DNA from: an uncultured Ruminococcus sp.
GTDB lineage: Bacteria; Bacillota; Clostridia; Oscillospirales; Acutalibacteraceae
Direction of reading: 5' to 3'
Length of the DNA: 64,000 nucleotides
Assembly (NCBI GenBank): GCA_964555975.1
Contig: CAZKUO010000001.1
Coordinates: 36,825-100,824 of the forward strand
Shown here: positions 37,000 to 47,654 of the stretch, one piece after another
Position numbering within the stretch: position 1 is the stretch's first letter
Layout of the letters: each line of letters opens with the position of its first letter
The notes under the pieces: model-generated
What the model saw: the letters and a program-made list of their open reading frames with translations, nothing else
The model's database searches: none
Told to the model about the DNA's origin: nothing
Program-made: the position numbers and the translations under genes

Positions 37000-39573
37000 T
37001 CACGGTGTCATATTTGAAAACATTATGCTTTCAATTTCCGTACGCTTTTCGGAAAAAGCTTTATTTGCTTCATCTCTTTTTCTTTCTGCGTCACGAACCT
37101 TATCCGCGATTTCCTTTTCTTTTTGGGGAGAAAGGCGCGGTATGGGAATGGTAGCGACAAAGTCCGGTGTAATATGGTCCACCACCGAAGCATATATTCC
37201 TTTTTCAAGCAGAATTTTGCCTATGTTTTCTGTTGCCAAATAGGCATACACATAATATGGGTCAATCAATGACTCATCACAAATGACACGAATAACATGC
37301 TCGGTAACCATGGAACCGTCCATACTGTCGGTAACCATAGTGACACGTCCTGTTGAACCGGAACGTGTTATAAGAATCCAATTTTTCTTAACAAAATGCT
37401 TTACAGCCGGTGAATAATCTTTTGGCTGGTATTGCAGATCAAACGGACGAATTTGAAGGATTTGTGTTCCTGAATAAAAAGGCACACTCTTTTCTCCGGC
37501 TTCCACATAATTACGTTTATGACGTCCGGGATAGAAAATGCCGTTTTCAATAACCAAATCACCTAAACGTACAATTTCTTTTATGTCGCTGCCTACGGAT
37601 TCTTCGATTTGTTTTGCAAGTGTATTCTTGTTCGGATCCCAATACCATGCGTCAATACGTCTTGAACTGTCGGCAAGAATCTGCTTTGATTCTGTAACAA
37701 AGCAGCTCGGCATATGCTCACCGCTTTTATTTGAAGAACTTACGCTTTTTGTTAATGTATAATTCTTCCATTGAGCTAATATTTCCGGCAAATCATTCCA
37801 TATTACCGGATTTTTGCTTTCGTCAAGAAGCGTCATCCCATTTGAATCCTTTCTGTACAGAGGATTCCCGCGTCTGTCATGCCCTACCGCTTCGGACACC
37901 GCCATAAAAATAGGATAATTATCGGGTATTTCTTTTACTTTTTTCAAAAATACCAGAGAGGTTTTTGTGCCTGTATGCGGTTGAAATGCTTCACGTGGCA
38001 AATCAACAACAGCAATTATCTGCACTTTGCGCATTAACCATTTTCTGAATTCCACGGATTCTTCCTGAGCACCGGAAAGATTTTGCTTTGGCAAGACTAT
38101 TACCATTCTGCCGCCGTCTTTCCCGTCATCCGCTTCTTTAAGATACATGATATCTCTTTCGGTGAACAATTTATCCGGATCCTGACCGTCCAGTATTTCC
38201 GCTGTTGGAATACCGTCGCAAAGCTTGTGCCCCAATTCATATTGCTCAAGAACGGAGTTCCTGGTATCCTTTATGTGGGTTCCGAAAGGGGGATTTGTGG
38301 TGATTATGTCTACGGAACCGGGCTTTATTCTTTCCTTAAAATGCTCGTTTAATTCGGAATACGGTTCCAAAGAATCAAAGCTGTATATATTACTCTTTCC
38401 GTCTCCGACTATTGCCATATATGACTTTGAAATTCTATATAAAAGAGGATCTATATCACAGCCGAATATATATTTATCGGCATAATCCTTAAGCAATGCA
38501 CCTAATTTATCTTTTGAAAAGCCTCTCGATTGATAAAGCACATTGATTTGCTTTCGCAGCTTTTCTATTGCAATGGAAAGAAATCCGCCTGAGCCGCACG
38601 CGGTATCCAATATCAGCTCATTGTTTACATATTGTGGATCGATAACTTCCATTGCAAAACGAACTATTTCTCGCGGTGTAAAAAACTGTCCGCTTTCACC
38701 CTTTAAAGCGGAGGGAAGCAATATTTCGTATGCATCACCCAATGCATCGGTATTTGTGTCTTCGTGCATCAGGGCAATACCCTGCAGCACGGAAACAACA
38801 TATGCTACCCAGTTGTTGTCATATTCTATTTTTTCATCCTTGAACATCATCCCGAAATCGGGGTCGCTCAAAAGCAGGGCATAAAGCTTGTCAATGCGTT
38901 TTCGTATGGCTTTTTTACCTTTATCCGAGCTTAATTCGGATGGTGTTGCCCGAAATTCGCAAAGCTCATTCGGACGTATCTCATCCATAATTTTGCAGAA
39001 AAGAAGCTTGATTACTTCAATTGCTATATTTTCTTCACGTTTTATAGGGCCATTGCCGTAAAGATGAAAATACATCCTTGTAAACAGAAGCTTAAGTGCC
39101 TTTGCCGGTTTTAAATCGGATTTGCGATATAATCCGATAGTTTCCTGAGTTTCTCCGTAACGCGGCAAGGTTGGAATGGGCGTAAATTTAGTAGGATCGT
39201 TTTTCAAATCTCTGTAAAGATAAAAAGGTCCGTCACTGTTTTTTTCAAATCCGGCAAACCAAACGCAGTAAGGCGCGGTTGTGGCAGTGGCATACGAAAA
39301 TGCCTGTAAGTCATATTTCTTTTTGGGAGATTCGATTTCAATAATTATATAAGCATTTTCCTGCTTATGTATGTTGTCATTATAAACAACAATATCAACA
39401 CGTTCGGCGTTTCTGGCAGCTCCGCGTTGTAAAACAACTTCAATATCGATATTTTCTTTAGGATATCCCAAATCGTCAATAAGCATATGCTCAAATAATT
39501 GTCTGTATTCTTCTTCGGGATTGTTGCGCAGCTCTTTTCCGGTTGCATAGTCAAAAATTTTGTTTTCAGCCAT
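37000..39573 (-). CDS. single-polypeptide restriction-modification-specificity protein candidate (HsdR_N/PD-(D/E)xK-like domain + N6-adenine MTase + one HsdS-like TRD; Type IIG/IIB-like)
   Basis: 857 aa. aa 1-125 resemble an HsdR N-terminal-type nuclease fold (RVDIVVY...IIIEIESPKK). MTase motifs are GQFFTPREIV (X), LDTACGSGGF (I) and TNPPFG (IV). aa ~625-815 resemble an HsdS target-recognition domain followed by a charged helix. Confidence 0.8.
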   Translation of the reverse strand: MAENKIFDYATGKELRNNPEEEYRQLFEHMLIDDLGYPKENIDIEVVLQRGAARNAERVDIVVYNDNIHKQENAYIIIEIESPKKKYDLQAFSYATATTAPYCVWFAGFEKNSDGPFYLYRDLKNDPTKFTPIPTLPRYGETQETIGLYRKSDLKPAKALKLLFTRMYFHLYGNGPIKREENIAIEVIKLLFCKIMDEIRPNELCEFRATPSELSSDKGKKAIRKRIDKLYALLLSDPDFGMMFKDEKIEYDNNWVAYVVSVLQGIALMHEDTNTDALGDAYEILLPSALKGESGQFFTPREIVRFAMEVIDPQYVNNELILDTACGSGGFLSIAIEKLRKQINVLYQSRGFSKDKLGALLKDYADKYIFGCDIDPLLYRISKSYMAIVGDGKSNIYSFDSLEPYSELNEHFKERIKPGSVDIITTNPPFGTHIKDTRNSVLEQYELGHKLCDGIPTAEILDGQDPDKLFTERDIMYLKEADDGKDGGRMVIVLPKQNLSGAQEESVEFRKWLMRKVQIIAVVDLPREAFQPHTGTKTSLVFLKKVKEIPDNYPIFMAVSEAVGHDRRGNPLYRKDSNGMTLLDESKNPVIWNDLPEILAQWKNYTLTKSVSSSNKSGEHMPSCFVTESKQILADSSRRIDAWYWDPNKNTLAKQIEESVGSDIKEIVRLGDLVIENGIFYPGRHKRNYVEAGEKSVPFYSGTQILQIRPFDLQYQPKDYSPAVKHFVKKNWILITRSGSTGRVTMVTDSMDGSMVTEHVIRVICDESLIDPYYVYAYLATENIGKILLEKGIYASVVDHITPDFVATIPIPRLSPQKEKEIADKVRDAERKRDEANKAFSEKRTEIESIMFSNMTP

Positions 39574-39602
39574 TTAATTTGCCGCCTTTCTCACTAACAC
39601 AA

Positions 39603-39631
39603 AGTATAACATAAATAAAGTAGAATATCAA
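39603..39631 (-). promoter_or_regulatory. sigma-70 promoter of the R-M-S gene
   Basis: Minus strand: TTGATA (39631-26), 17-nt spacer, TATACT (39608-03). RBS GAGAAAGG lies upstream of the ATG. Confidence 0.6.
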
Positions 39632-39767
39632 TCTTTGTTTTTATACTTACGGAAAGTTTCTCTCCTATAACAGACCGAAAATACGGTTTCACATAGGTTG
39701 TGTATATGGTTTCGGTATAATTCACCTCTCAACGGGGGATAACAGCATTAATGAAAGGGTGATTTGT

Positions 39768-41021
39768 ATGTCGTGGAATAAAATAGTTTCGGTGCAGGGG
39801 TTTGAGCTTATGGATTCAAGGAGCAATCCTACGGTCGGGGCGCAGGTAACGCTTGAGGACGGAACCGAATGCTTTGCAATTGCACCCTCGGGTGCTTCAA
39901 CCGGTGCCCATGAGGCACATGAGCTTCGCGACGGTGACGACAGCCGCTACGGCGGAAAGGGAGTTTTGCGGGCGGTTGCCGCAATAAATGATGAAATTTG
40001 CCCTGCACTTGCGGGGCTACCCGCGGAAAATCAGCGCAATATTGACAGCACAATGTCGGTACTTGACGGAACACCCGATAAAAGCCGTTTGGGTGCAAAT
40101 GCAATACTGGCGGTTTCCCTTGCGGTGGCAAAGGCAGCGGCGGCGCAGCTCGGAATACCGCTTTACAGGCACATCGGCGGAATTAACGCCGGGGTTATGC
40201 CGCGCCCTATGATGAATATTTTAAACGGCGGTGCCCATGCGGCAAACAATATTGATATTCAGGAATTTATGATTATTCCTTACCGTGCCGAAAGCTTTTC
40301 CGAAGGCTTGCGGCAGTGCAGTGAGATATATCACGCGCTCGGTAAAATTTTAAAATCACACGGCAAGACCACCGGCGTGGGGGATGAGGGCGGCTTTGCG
40401 CCCGACCTTGATTCGGATGAGGCCGCAATTGAGCTTATAACCGAGGCGGTAGCTGCCGCGGGCTACACAACCGACGAAATTAAAATAGCGCTCGATGCCG
40501 CCTCAAGCGAGTGGTATTCGGACGGTGCTTACAGGCTTCCGAAGCGCGGCATTACCATGACGGCCGATGAGCTTATTGATTACTATGCCGAAATAATCGA
40601 AAAATATCCGGTAATTTCTCTTGAGGACGGCCTTGCCGAGGATGATTGGAGCGGCTGGCGCACCCTTACGGAGCGACTGGGACAAAAAATTCAGCTTGTG
40701 GGGGACGATTTGTTTGTAACCAATGCGGAGCGCCTTAAAACGGGCATAGCGGCGGGCACGGCAAATTCAATCCTTGTAAAGCTCAATCAAATAGGAACCC
40801 TGAGCGAGACTCTCGATGTGATACGCTTGGCGCAAAAAAACCGTTACTCCGCCGTTGTTTCGCATCGCTCGGGCGAAACCGAGGATACCTCGATTGCCGA
40901 CCTTGCGGTTGCGGTGAATTGCGGTCAAATTAAAACGGGTGCGCCCTGCCGCTCGGACAGGGTTGCAAAATATAACCGACTGCTTATGATAGAAAAGGAA
41001 TTGGGTCTAATCCGAATTTAA
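39768..41021 (+). CDS. eno: enolase (phosphopyruvate hydratase)
   Basis: DSRSNPTV near the N-terminus, plus [14 protein letters not shown] and SHRSGETED enolase signatures. The ATG at 39768 is preferred over the GTG at 39759. Confidence 0.95.
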   Translation: MSWNKIVSVQGFELMDSRSNPTVGAQVTLEDGTECFAIAPSGASTGAHEAHELRDGDDSRYGGKGVLRAVAAINDEICPALAGLPAENQRNIDSTMSVLDGTPDKSRLGANAILAVSLAVAKAAAAQLGIPLYRHIGGINAGVMPRPMMNILNGGAHAANNIDIQEFMIIPYRAESFSEGLRQCSEIYHALGKILKSHGKTTGVGDEGGFAPDLDSDEAAIELITEAVAAAGYTTDEIKIALDAASSEWYSDGAYRLPKRGITMTADELIDYYAEIIEKYPVISLEDGLAEDDWSGWRTLTERLGQKIQLVGDDLFVTNAERLKTGIAAGTANSILVKLNQIGTLSETLDVIRLAQKNRYSAVVSHRSGETEDTSIADLAVAVNCGQIKTGAPCRSDRVAKYNRLLMIEKELGLIRI

Positions 41022-42170
41022 GCTCTTTGCCGCTTCAAGCAAGCGGCTTTTTGTATTAACGGTGGGATTTATCACGGCAAGGCGGCGCAGTTCCTCAAGC
41101 GTTTTTCCCACGGCGGTGCCGCAAATTCCGCACTCAATCAGGTCACTGCCGTTGATTTTCAGGTCGGAAATTCTGTAGGGCTCACGGCTTTTTGTAACTT
41201 CTTCAAGCATTTTTTCGGCCTCGGCAGTGTCTTTACCGTAGGCTGAGGCTACCGAAAGGTAGGAGGTCAAATCACGCGCACCTGTTAAAAAAAGCATTTC
41301 CTTAAGCTCGGCACGGTTTTTCGGAAACGGCATACCGCCGAGCCTTAAAAGGGCCTCGGCTGCCGCACGTGTTTTGTTTGACACCTTAAGGCGGTCAAGC
41401 GCAGTAATATCGGCTCCGCCCGAAAACAAAAGCACAAAAAGCCGCACCTCGCTTTTCGGCAAAAGGGGTATTTTTTCGTAATCGGGTGTGCGTGTCAGCC
41501 CCAAAAAGCCGAGCCCGCCCGCACTTGTAAGCGGCTTTAAAGCAGAGGGGTTTTTGCCGCATACCGCCTTTAAAAGCTCGCGGTAAAGCCTTTCCGCACT
41601 TATGTCTTTCAGTGTCGGTGCGGCCGTAAGAGCGGCTGTAAGTGTGTGCTCCTCTGCCGCAAAATCAAGGGTTGAGGCAAAGCGGAACAGGCGCATAATT
41701 CTGAGTGCATCCTCGCCGAAACGTCTTTGCGGCTCACCCACGGCGCGCAAAATTCCTTTTTTAATATCCTCAGCCCCGCCGAAATAATCCTTAAGACCGT
41801 CCGTGCGGTTATAGGCCAAGGCATTAACGGTGAAATCACGGCGTGCCAAATCCTCCCGCAGGGATGAAACAAAGCGCACACTTTCGGGGTGGCGGCTGTC
41901 CTTGTATTCACCGTCTGTGCGGTAGGTTGTCACCTCAAACGGAGCTCCGTTTAAAATTACGGTGACCGTGCCGTGCTTAAGACCGGTGGGCACGGTTTTT
42001 TCAAAAAGCGAAATGGCGATTTCGGGCGGGGCGGAGGTTGTAATATCAAAATCGTTCGGGGTAAGCCCCATAAGCATATCGCGTACACAGCCTCCGACGA
42101 GATATGCCTCATAGCCTTTTTTTTGCAGAGAATTTATAATATATTCGCATTCGGTCGGTACAAAAAGCAT
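41007..42170 (-). CDS. cca: CCA tRNA nucleotidyltransferase (poly(A) polymerase family)
   Basis: YLVGGCVRD...DFDI nucleotidyltransferase head motif, RDFTVNA motif. 387 aa. Confidence 0.85.
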   Translation of the reverse strand: MLFVPTECEYIINSLQKKGYEAYLVGGCVRDMLMGLTPNDFDITTSAPPEIAISLFEKTVPTGLKHGTVTVILNGAPFEVTTYRTDGEYKDSRHPESVRFVSSLREDLARRDFTVNALAYNRTDGLKDYFGGAEDIKKGILRAVGEPQRRFGEDALRIMRLFRFASTLDFAAEEHTLTAALTAAPTLKDISAERLYRELLKAVCGKNPSALKPLTSAGGLGFLGLTRTPDYEKIPLLPKSEVRLFVLLFSGGADITALDRLKVSNKTRAAAEALLRLGGMPFPKNRAELKEMLFLTGARDLTSYLSVASAYGKDTAEAEKMLEEVTKSREPYRISDLKINGSDLIECGICGTAVGKTLEELRRLAVINPTVNTKSRLLEAAKSLNSD

Positions 42171-42264
42171 AATTTTTATTTTCCTTTCAAAAAAAGGTTT
42201 ATTTTTTTGCCGTTAGGCAATATAATAGTAGGTAGTGCAATTAAAAGGTACAGAGGTGCAAGTT

Positions 42265-43641
42265 ATGAAGCAGCTTCGCAGTGAAGATAAAATTATAACC
42301 GAGGTAAAGCACATTCATATGATCGGAATAGGAGGCAGCGGTATGTGCCCGCTTGCCGAAATTCTGCACGGAAAGGGTTATGTGCTTACGGGCTCGGATA
42401 ATAACGAGAGCGACCCTTTAAAACGAATTAAGGCTCTCGGAATAAAGGTGTATATGGGTCACAGGGCCGAAAATATAAACGGTGCCGAGCTTGTGGTTTA
42501 TTCCGCCGCAATAGCAGATGATAACCCCGAGCTTTCGGCCGCGCGTGAAAAAGGCATACCCGTTATGGAGCGTTCGCATATGCTCGGTGCGCTTACAAGA
42601 CATTTCGATAACGTGATAGGGGTGTGCGGCACTCACGGAAAAACCACCGTTACCTCTATGATAACACAAATTTTGATTTTAAACAAGATGGATCCTACAG
42701 CAGTTATAGGCGGCAAGCTTCCGCTTATAAATTCAAACGGAATTTCGGGGAACAGTGAAACCATGGTTTGCGAGTCCTGTGAATTTGTGGATACCTTTTT
42801 ACAGCTCTCACCCGATATTGCGGTGCTGCTTAACATTGATAATGACCATCTTGATTATTTCAAAACAATGGAAAATTTAACGCTGTCGTTTCACAAATTT
42901 CTTGCAATGTCGAAAAAAGCGTACGTAAACGGCGATGATGCGCGGGCTTTAGCGGCGGCGGAAGGCATTACGGCCGAAACCGTTACCTTCGGGCTCGGGG
43001 AAAATAATTTTTATACCGCCCAAAACCTGCAAAGCCGAAAATTCGGCTTCAGCTTTGATGCTGTGCGAAACGGCGAAAAGCTGATTAACATAGAAATGCA
43101 CATTCCGGGAAGGCACAATGTTTTAAACGGGCTTGCCGCCTTTGCCGTTTGCTTTGATATGGGCGTTAGCCCAAAGGGCATAAAATCGGCAATTGAAAAG
43201 TTTACGGGCGCCGGCAGACGGTTTGAATTTATAGGTGAATTTAACGGCTTTATGCTTGCCGATGATTATGCGCACCACCCAACCGAAATTACGGCAACGC
43301 TCACCGCCGCAAAGGAGCTTGCCTACAATCGGGTTATTGCGGTTTTTCAGCCCTTTACCTTTTCGCGCACGGCACTTTTAAAGGATGAGTTTATAAAGGC
43401 GCTCTCGGTGGCGGATAAGGTGATTTTAACACCGATTATGGGCTCGCGTGAAAAAAATACCTACGGTATATCAAGTGAGGATTTAGCCTGTGGCTTAAAG
43501 GATGCCTGCGTTGTTGACGGCTTTGAAAGCATTGCGGACAAAATAGAGGAAACAGCTAAGCAAGGCGACCTTGTTATAACAATGGGCGGCGGCGATATTT
43601 ACAAGGCCGCACACATTATTGAAAAGAGATACGGAAAATGA
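42265..43641 (+). CDS. murC: UDP-N-acetylmuramate--L-alanine ligase
   Basis: IHMIGIGGSGM Rossmann motif and GTHGKTT Mur-ligase P-loop. The ATG at 42265 behind AGAGGTG is preferred over 42235. Confidence 0.9.
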   Translation: MKQLRSEDKIITEVKHIHMIGIGGSGMCPLAEILHGKGYVLTGSDNNESDPLKRIKALGIKVYMGHRAENINGAELVVYSAAIADDNPELSAAREKGIPVMERSHMLGALTRHFDNVIGVCGTHGKTTVTSMITQILILNKMDPTAVIGGKLPLINSNGISGNSETMVCESCEFVDTFLQLSPDIAVLLNIDNDHLDYFKTMENLTLSFHKFLAMSKKAYVNGDDARALAAAEGITAETVTFGLGENNFYTAQNLQSRKFGFSFDAVRNGEKLINIEMHIPGRHNVLNGLAAFAVCFDMGVSPKGIKSAIEKFTGAGRRFEFIGEFNGFMLADDYAHHPTEITATLTAAKELAYNRVIAVFQPFTFSRTALLKDEFIKALSVADKVILTPIMGSREKNTYGISSEDLACGLKDACVVDGFESIADKIEETAKQGDLVITMGGGDIYKAAHIIEKRYGK

Positions 43642-44777
43642 CCGAAAAGCTTTATGATGAAAATTCTCACTTAAGGGAATTTACCGCAACGGTGCTTGAC
43701 AGCTACAAGGCGGCAGACGGATTTTTCACCCTGCTTGACCGCACCGCCTTTTTCCCCGAGGGCGGCGGTCAGCCGGCGGACACGGGCTACATAAACGGCG
43801 TGAGAGTGTATGACGTGCAAATAAACGACGGGGTTATATATCACTACACCGAAAAGCCGCTTGAAGCGGGGGAGACAGTTACCGGAGCAATAGATTTTGA
43901 GCGGCGCTTTCGCCATATGCAGAGCCACACTGGTGAGCATATAATTTCGGGTATAGTGCACAGGCTTTACGGCCTGAACAACACGGGCTTTCACCTGGGA
44001 AGTGAAATGACGGTGGATTTTGACGGCGAATTGACCCGCAGTCAGCTTGATGAGATTGAGGAGCTTGCAAACAGGGCTGTTTGGGAAAATTTGCCCGTTA
44101 CGGCCTATTACCCGAAAGCGGACGAGCTTGCACACATAGCCTACCGCAGTAAAAAGCAGATTGACGGGCCCGTGCGAATAGTTGAAATTAAAAATACCGA
44201 TATTTGCGCCTGCTGTGCGCCGCACGTGAAAAGCACGGGTGAAATAGGCTGCATTAAAATACTTGATTTTTTCAAAAACAAGGGCGGTGTACGCCTTTTT
44301 GTAAAATGCGGCAGTGATGCTTTAACGGATTACAGAGACAGATATAAAAGCACACTTTCAATTTCAGAAATGCTTGCCGTAAAGCAAGGCGAGGTAGCCG
44401 AGGGTGTGGCAGGCCTTGAAGAAAGGAATGCGGCTTTGCGCGCCGAAAATGCCGGGCTGAAGCGCAGGCTTACGGCGGCGCTGACTGCCGGCTTTGCATC
44501 GGAAAAGCGGGTTACCGCCGTGTTTGAGGACGGGCTTGACGGTAAGGAGCTGCAGCTTTTTGCCGATTCGCTTTACAAAAAGGCGGGCGGTGTGCGCGCG
44601 GTGTTTTCCGCGGCGTCGGGCGGCCTTGCCTTTGCAATGTGCGGAGCCGAGGACGAGCTGAGCGAGGTTTTCAAGTCCTTCGGCGCGGCCTTTTCGGTGC
44701 GTGGCGGAGGAAGAAACGGTATTCGCCAGGGCACAGTGGCAGCAGAGCGTGAAAAAGCAGAGGAATTTTTTAAATAA
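43638..44777 (+). CDS. alanyl-tRNA editing protein (AlaX-L type)
   Basis: HTGEHI and CCAPH zinc-binding editing-domain motifs. ATGA overlap with murC. Confidence 0.8.
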   Translation: MTEKLYDENSHLREFTATVLDSYKAADGFFTLLDRTAFFPEGGGQPADTGYINGVRVYDVQINDGVIYHYTEKPLEAGETVTGAIDFERRFRHMQSHTGEHIISGIVHRLYGLNNTGFHLGSEMTVDFDGELTRSQLDEIEELANRAVWENLPVTAYYPKADELAHIAYRSKKQIDGPVRIVEIKNTDICACCAPHVKSTGEIGCIKILDFFKNKGGVRLFVKCGSDALTDYRDRYKSTLSISEMLAVKQGEVAEGVAGLEERNAALRAENAGLKRRLTAALTAGFASEKRVTAVFEDGLDGKELQLFADSLYKKAGGVRAVFSAASGGLAFAMCGAEDELSEVFKSFGAAFSVRGGGRNGIRQGTVAAEREKAEEFFK

Positions 44778-44793
44778 AAGGAGAGTGTCACGA

Positions 44794-46152
44794 ATGTCGG
44801 GTAAAAGAACAAGAAGACAGAAAGCAATAATAAGACGGCGTATTTTTTTAACCTGCTGTGCGGCGGTGCTGGTGGGCATAACGGCCGTAATCGCTTTTGC
44901 GGTTAATGCAATTGTAAAAAGGGACGGTGCAGGCGATACAGGCAGCAAGGCGGACAAAAGCGAGAGCTCGGGGGCTTCAAGCACGGTAATTCCCGAAACC
45001 TTTGCAACCGTTCTTTCCACTGGGGATATTATGGTTCATTCACCGCAGTTGGCGGGTGCTAAAACACAGTCCGGCGATTATGATTTCAGCGCATTTTTTA
45101 AGGAAACCGCCTCTTATTTTGCGTCGGCGGATTTGTCGGTGGCGAATTTGGAGGTCACCTTCGGAGGGACGGAATCGGGTAATTACAGCGGTTATCCCGC
45201 CTTTAACACGCCCGACAGTCTTGCCGATGCAATAAAAGCCTCGGGGCTGAATTTTCTTATAACCTCCAACAACCACTCCTACGACACGGGGCTGTTCGGC
45301 TTAAAGCGCACGGCACAGGTGCTTAAGGAAAAGCAGATTGAATTTATAGGCACGCGCGAGCTTGAAACCGACCCCGCCTTTGCGGTTAAGGAGATAAATA
45401 ATATTAAAATAGGCTTTGCGGATTACACCTATGAAACCTCGGGGCAGACCGCCGGGCGCAAGTATTTGAACGGTGCCATAATAGCCGAGGCGGCAAACAA
45501 CCTGATAAACAGCTTTAAATACACGGCCTTGGATGCTTTTTATGCCGAGGCCGAGGGCGTTATAAGCAGTATGCGGGCCGCAGGTGCGGAATATATTGTG
45601 TTTTATATGCACTGGGGTGATGAATACCGCACAAGCCCCAACACTTACCAAAAGGCGATTGCACAGCGGCTTTCAAATTTGGGCGTGGATATGATAATAG
45701 GCAGTCACCCGCACGTAATTCAGCCGGTTGAGCTTATAAGACCCGAGGGACGTGAGGGTACCACGGTTTGTCTTTATTCCACGGGTAACTTTGTTTCAAA
45801 TCAGCGGCAGGAAATTATGGACAGCTGTCCCTCCGGGCATACCGAGGACGGAATGCTTTTCAGCTTTACCCTTAAAAAGAATGAGGACGGAGTTTCACTT
45901 TCCGATTTAAAGCTTATTCCCACCTGGGTAAATAAATACACCGTTTCGGGGCATAACGGCTATTTATATACCGTTTATCCGCTTGAAAAGGCAGACGACG
46001 GCTCGGCAAAATACGGGCTCGGCGCCGCGGCGGCGGCAAAATCGGTAAAATCCTTTGAAAGAACAAAGGCAATTGTGGCTGAGGGACTGACGGAATGTCA
46101 GCACGAAATCGGCTGTGATATAACATTTCAACAAACAGGGGAGCTTGAATAA
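44794..46152 (+). CDS. CapA/PGA_cap family metallophosphatase-like membrane-anchored protein
   Basis: N-terminal basic stretch plus a TM helix. GDIMVH, NLE, NNH and GSHPH motifs typical of CapA. The ATG at 44794 behind AAAGGAGAG is preferred over 44701. Confidence 0.75.
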   Translation: MSGKRTRRQKAIIRRRIFLTCCAAVLVGITAVIAFAVNAIVKRDGAGDTGSKADKSESSGASSTVIPETFATVLSTGDIMVHSPQLAGAKTQSGDYDFSAFFKETASYFASADLSVANLEVTFGGTESGNYSGYPAFNTPDSLADAIKASGLNFLITSNNHSYDTGLFGLKRTAQVLKEKQIEFIGTRELETDPAFAVKEINNIKIGFADYTYETSGQTAGRKYLNGAIIAEAANNLINSFKYTALDAFYAEAEGVISSMRAAGAEYIVFYMHWGDEYRTSPNTYQKAIAQRLSNLGVDMIIGSHPHVIQPVELIRPEGREGTTVCLYSTGNFVSNQRQEIMDSCPSGHTEDGMLFSFTLKKNEDGVSLSDLKLIPTWVNKYTVSGHNGYLYTVYPLEKADDGSAKYGLGAAAAAKSVKSFERTKAIVAEGLTECQHEIGCDITFQQTGELE

Positions 46153-46154
46153 AA

Positions 46155-47654
46155 ATGACTGACAGAGCAATAAGGAAATTGGTATGCTATGGGCTTGAAA
46201 AGGAGCTTTTTACACCGCGGGACGAAATTTACGTGACAAACCGTCTGCTTGAAATAATGCAGCTTGACGAATATGACTGTGATGAGAGCTTTGAAAAGGT
46301 TTGCCTTGATGAGGTGCTCGATGAGTTGCTTGAGGACGCTGTGGCTCGCGGGCTCACAGAGGATACAGTTACCTACCGCGACCTTTTTGATACACGGCTT
46401 ATGGCGGCACTGCTTCCGCGCCCCTCTGAGGTGAGTGATAAATTTGCCGTTCTTTATGCCGAAAGCCCCGAAAAGGCAACCGATTGGTTTTATAAGCTCA
46501 GCGGGGACAGCAATTACATACGCCGCGGTCGTGTGGCAAAGGATATGAAGTGGCTTTCAAAAACCGAATACGGCGAGCTTGAAATCACAATAAATCTTTC
46601 AAAGCCGGAAAAGGACCCCAAGGCCATAGCGGCGGCCAAAAACGCGCCGCAATCGGGCTACCCGAAATGTATGCTTTGCCGCGAGTGCGAGGGCTATGCG
46701 GGGCGGGTGAATTTCCCCGCACGGCAAAACCACAGGGTTATTCCGCTCAAAATTAACGGCGGCGATTGGTGTATGCAGTATTCACCCTATGTTTATTACA
46801 ATGAGCATTGCATTGTGTTTAATGCAATGCACACTCCTATGGCGGTGAACAGGGCCACCTTTGAAAAGCTTTTGGATTTTGTCGGGCAGTTTCCGCATTA
46901 TTTTGTGGGCTCAAATGCCGATTTGCCGATTGTGGGCGGCTCCATTTTAAGTCACGACCATTTTCAGGGCGGCAGGCACACCTTTGCCATGGCAAAGGCG
47001 CCTATTGAACACAGGCTTGTGTTTTCCGGCTTTGAGGATTTGGAGGCGGGCACGGTTAAGTGGCCCATGTCGGTAATACGTCTGCGCGGAGAAAGCCCCG
47101 CAAGGCTCACCGCCATTGCTGATAAAATACTTACCTGCTGGCGCGGCTACTCCGATCCCGATGCATTTATATTTGCCGAAACCGATGGCACACCCCACAA
47201 CACAATAACCCCCATAGCACGTATGGCGGGCGGAAAATATGAGCTTGATTTGGTGCTGCGCAATAATATAACAACGGCCGAGCACCCGCTTGGTGTTTTT
47301 CACCCGCACAGTGAGCTTCACCACATAAAAAAGGAAAATATCGGCCTTATTGAGGTTATGGGTCTTGCGGTTTTGCCTGCGCGCCTTAAAAACGAAATGG
47401 CGCTTCTTGAAATGGCGATTCTTTCGGGAGCGGATATTCGTGCCGATGAAGCACTTGCAAAGCACGCCGATTGGGTTGATGAAATTAAGCTGAGGCACCG
47501 TGACATAACCGCGGAAAATATAAGCGATATTTTAAAGGCGGAAATAGGTGCCGTGTTTTCAAGGGTGCTTGAGCACGCGGGTGTGTTTAAGCGCACGGAT
47601 GAGGGGAATGCGGCCTTCCTTAAATTTGCGGAGACGGTAAACAAATGCTTGTAA
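46155..47654 (+). CDS. galT: UDP-glucose--hexose-1-phosphate uridylyltransferase (type 2 GalT)
   Basis: 499 aa, the long Firmicute-type GalT pattern (YVTNRLL..., LSHDHFQGG). Confidence 0.85.
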   Translation: MTDRAIRKLVCYGLEKELFTPRDEIYVTNRLLEIMQLDEYDCDESFEKVCLDEVLDELLEDAVARGLTEDTVTYRDLFDTRLMAALLPRPSEVSDKFAVLYAESPEKATDWFYKLSGDSNYIRRGRVAKDMKWLSKTEYGELEITINLSKPEKDPKAIAAAKNAPQSGYPKCMLCRECEGYAGRVNFPARQNHRVIPLKINGGDWCMQYSPYVYYNEHCIVFNAMHTPMAVNRATFEKLLDFVGQFPHYFVGSNADLPIVGGSILSHDHFQGGRHTFAMAKAPIEHRLVFSGFEDLEAGTVKWPMSVIRLRGESPARLTAIADKILTCWRGYSDPDAFIFAETDGTPHNTITPIARMAGGKYELDLVLRNNITTAEHPLGVFHPHSELHHIKKENIGLIEVMGLAVLPARLKNEMALLEMAILSGADIRADEALAKHADWVDEIKLRHRDITAENISDILKAEIGAVFSRVLEHAGVFKRTDEGNAAFLKFAETVNKCL

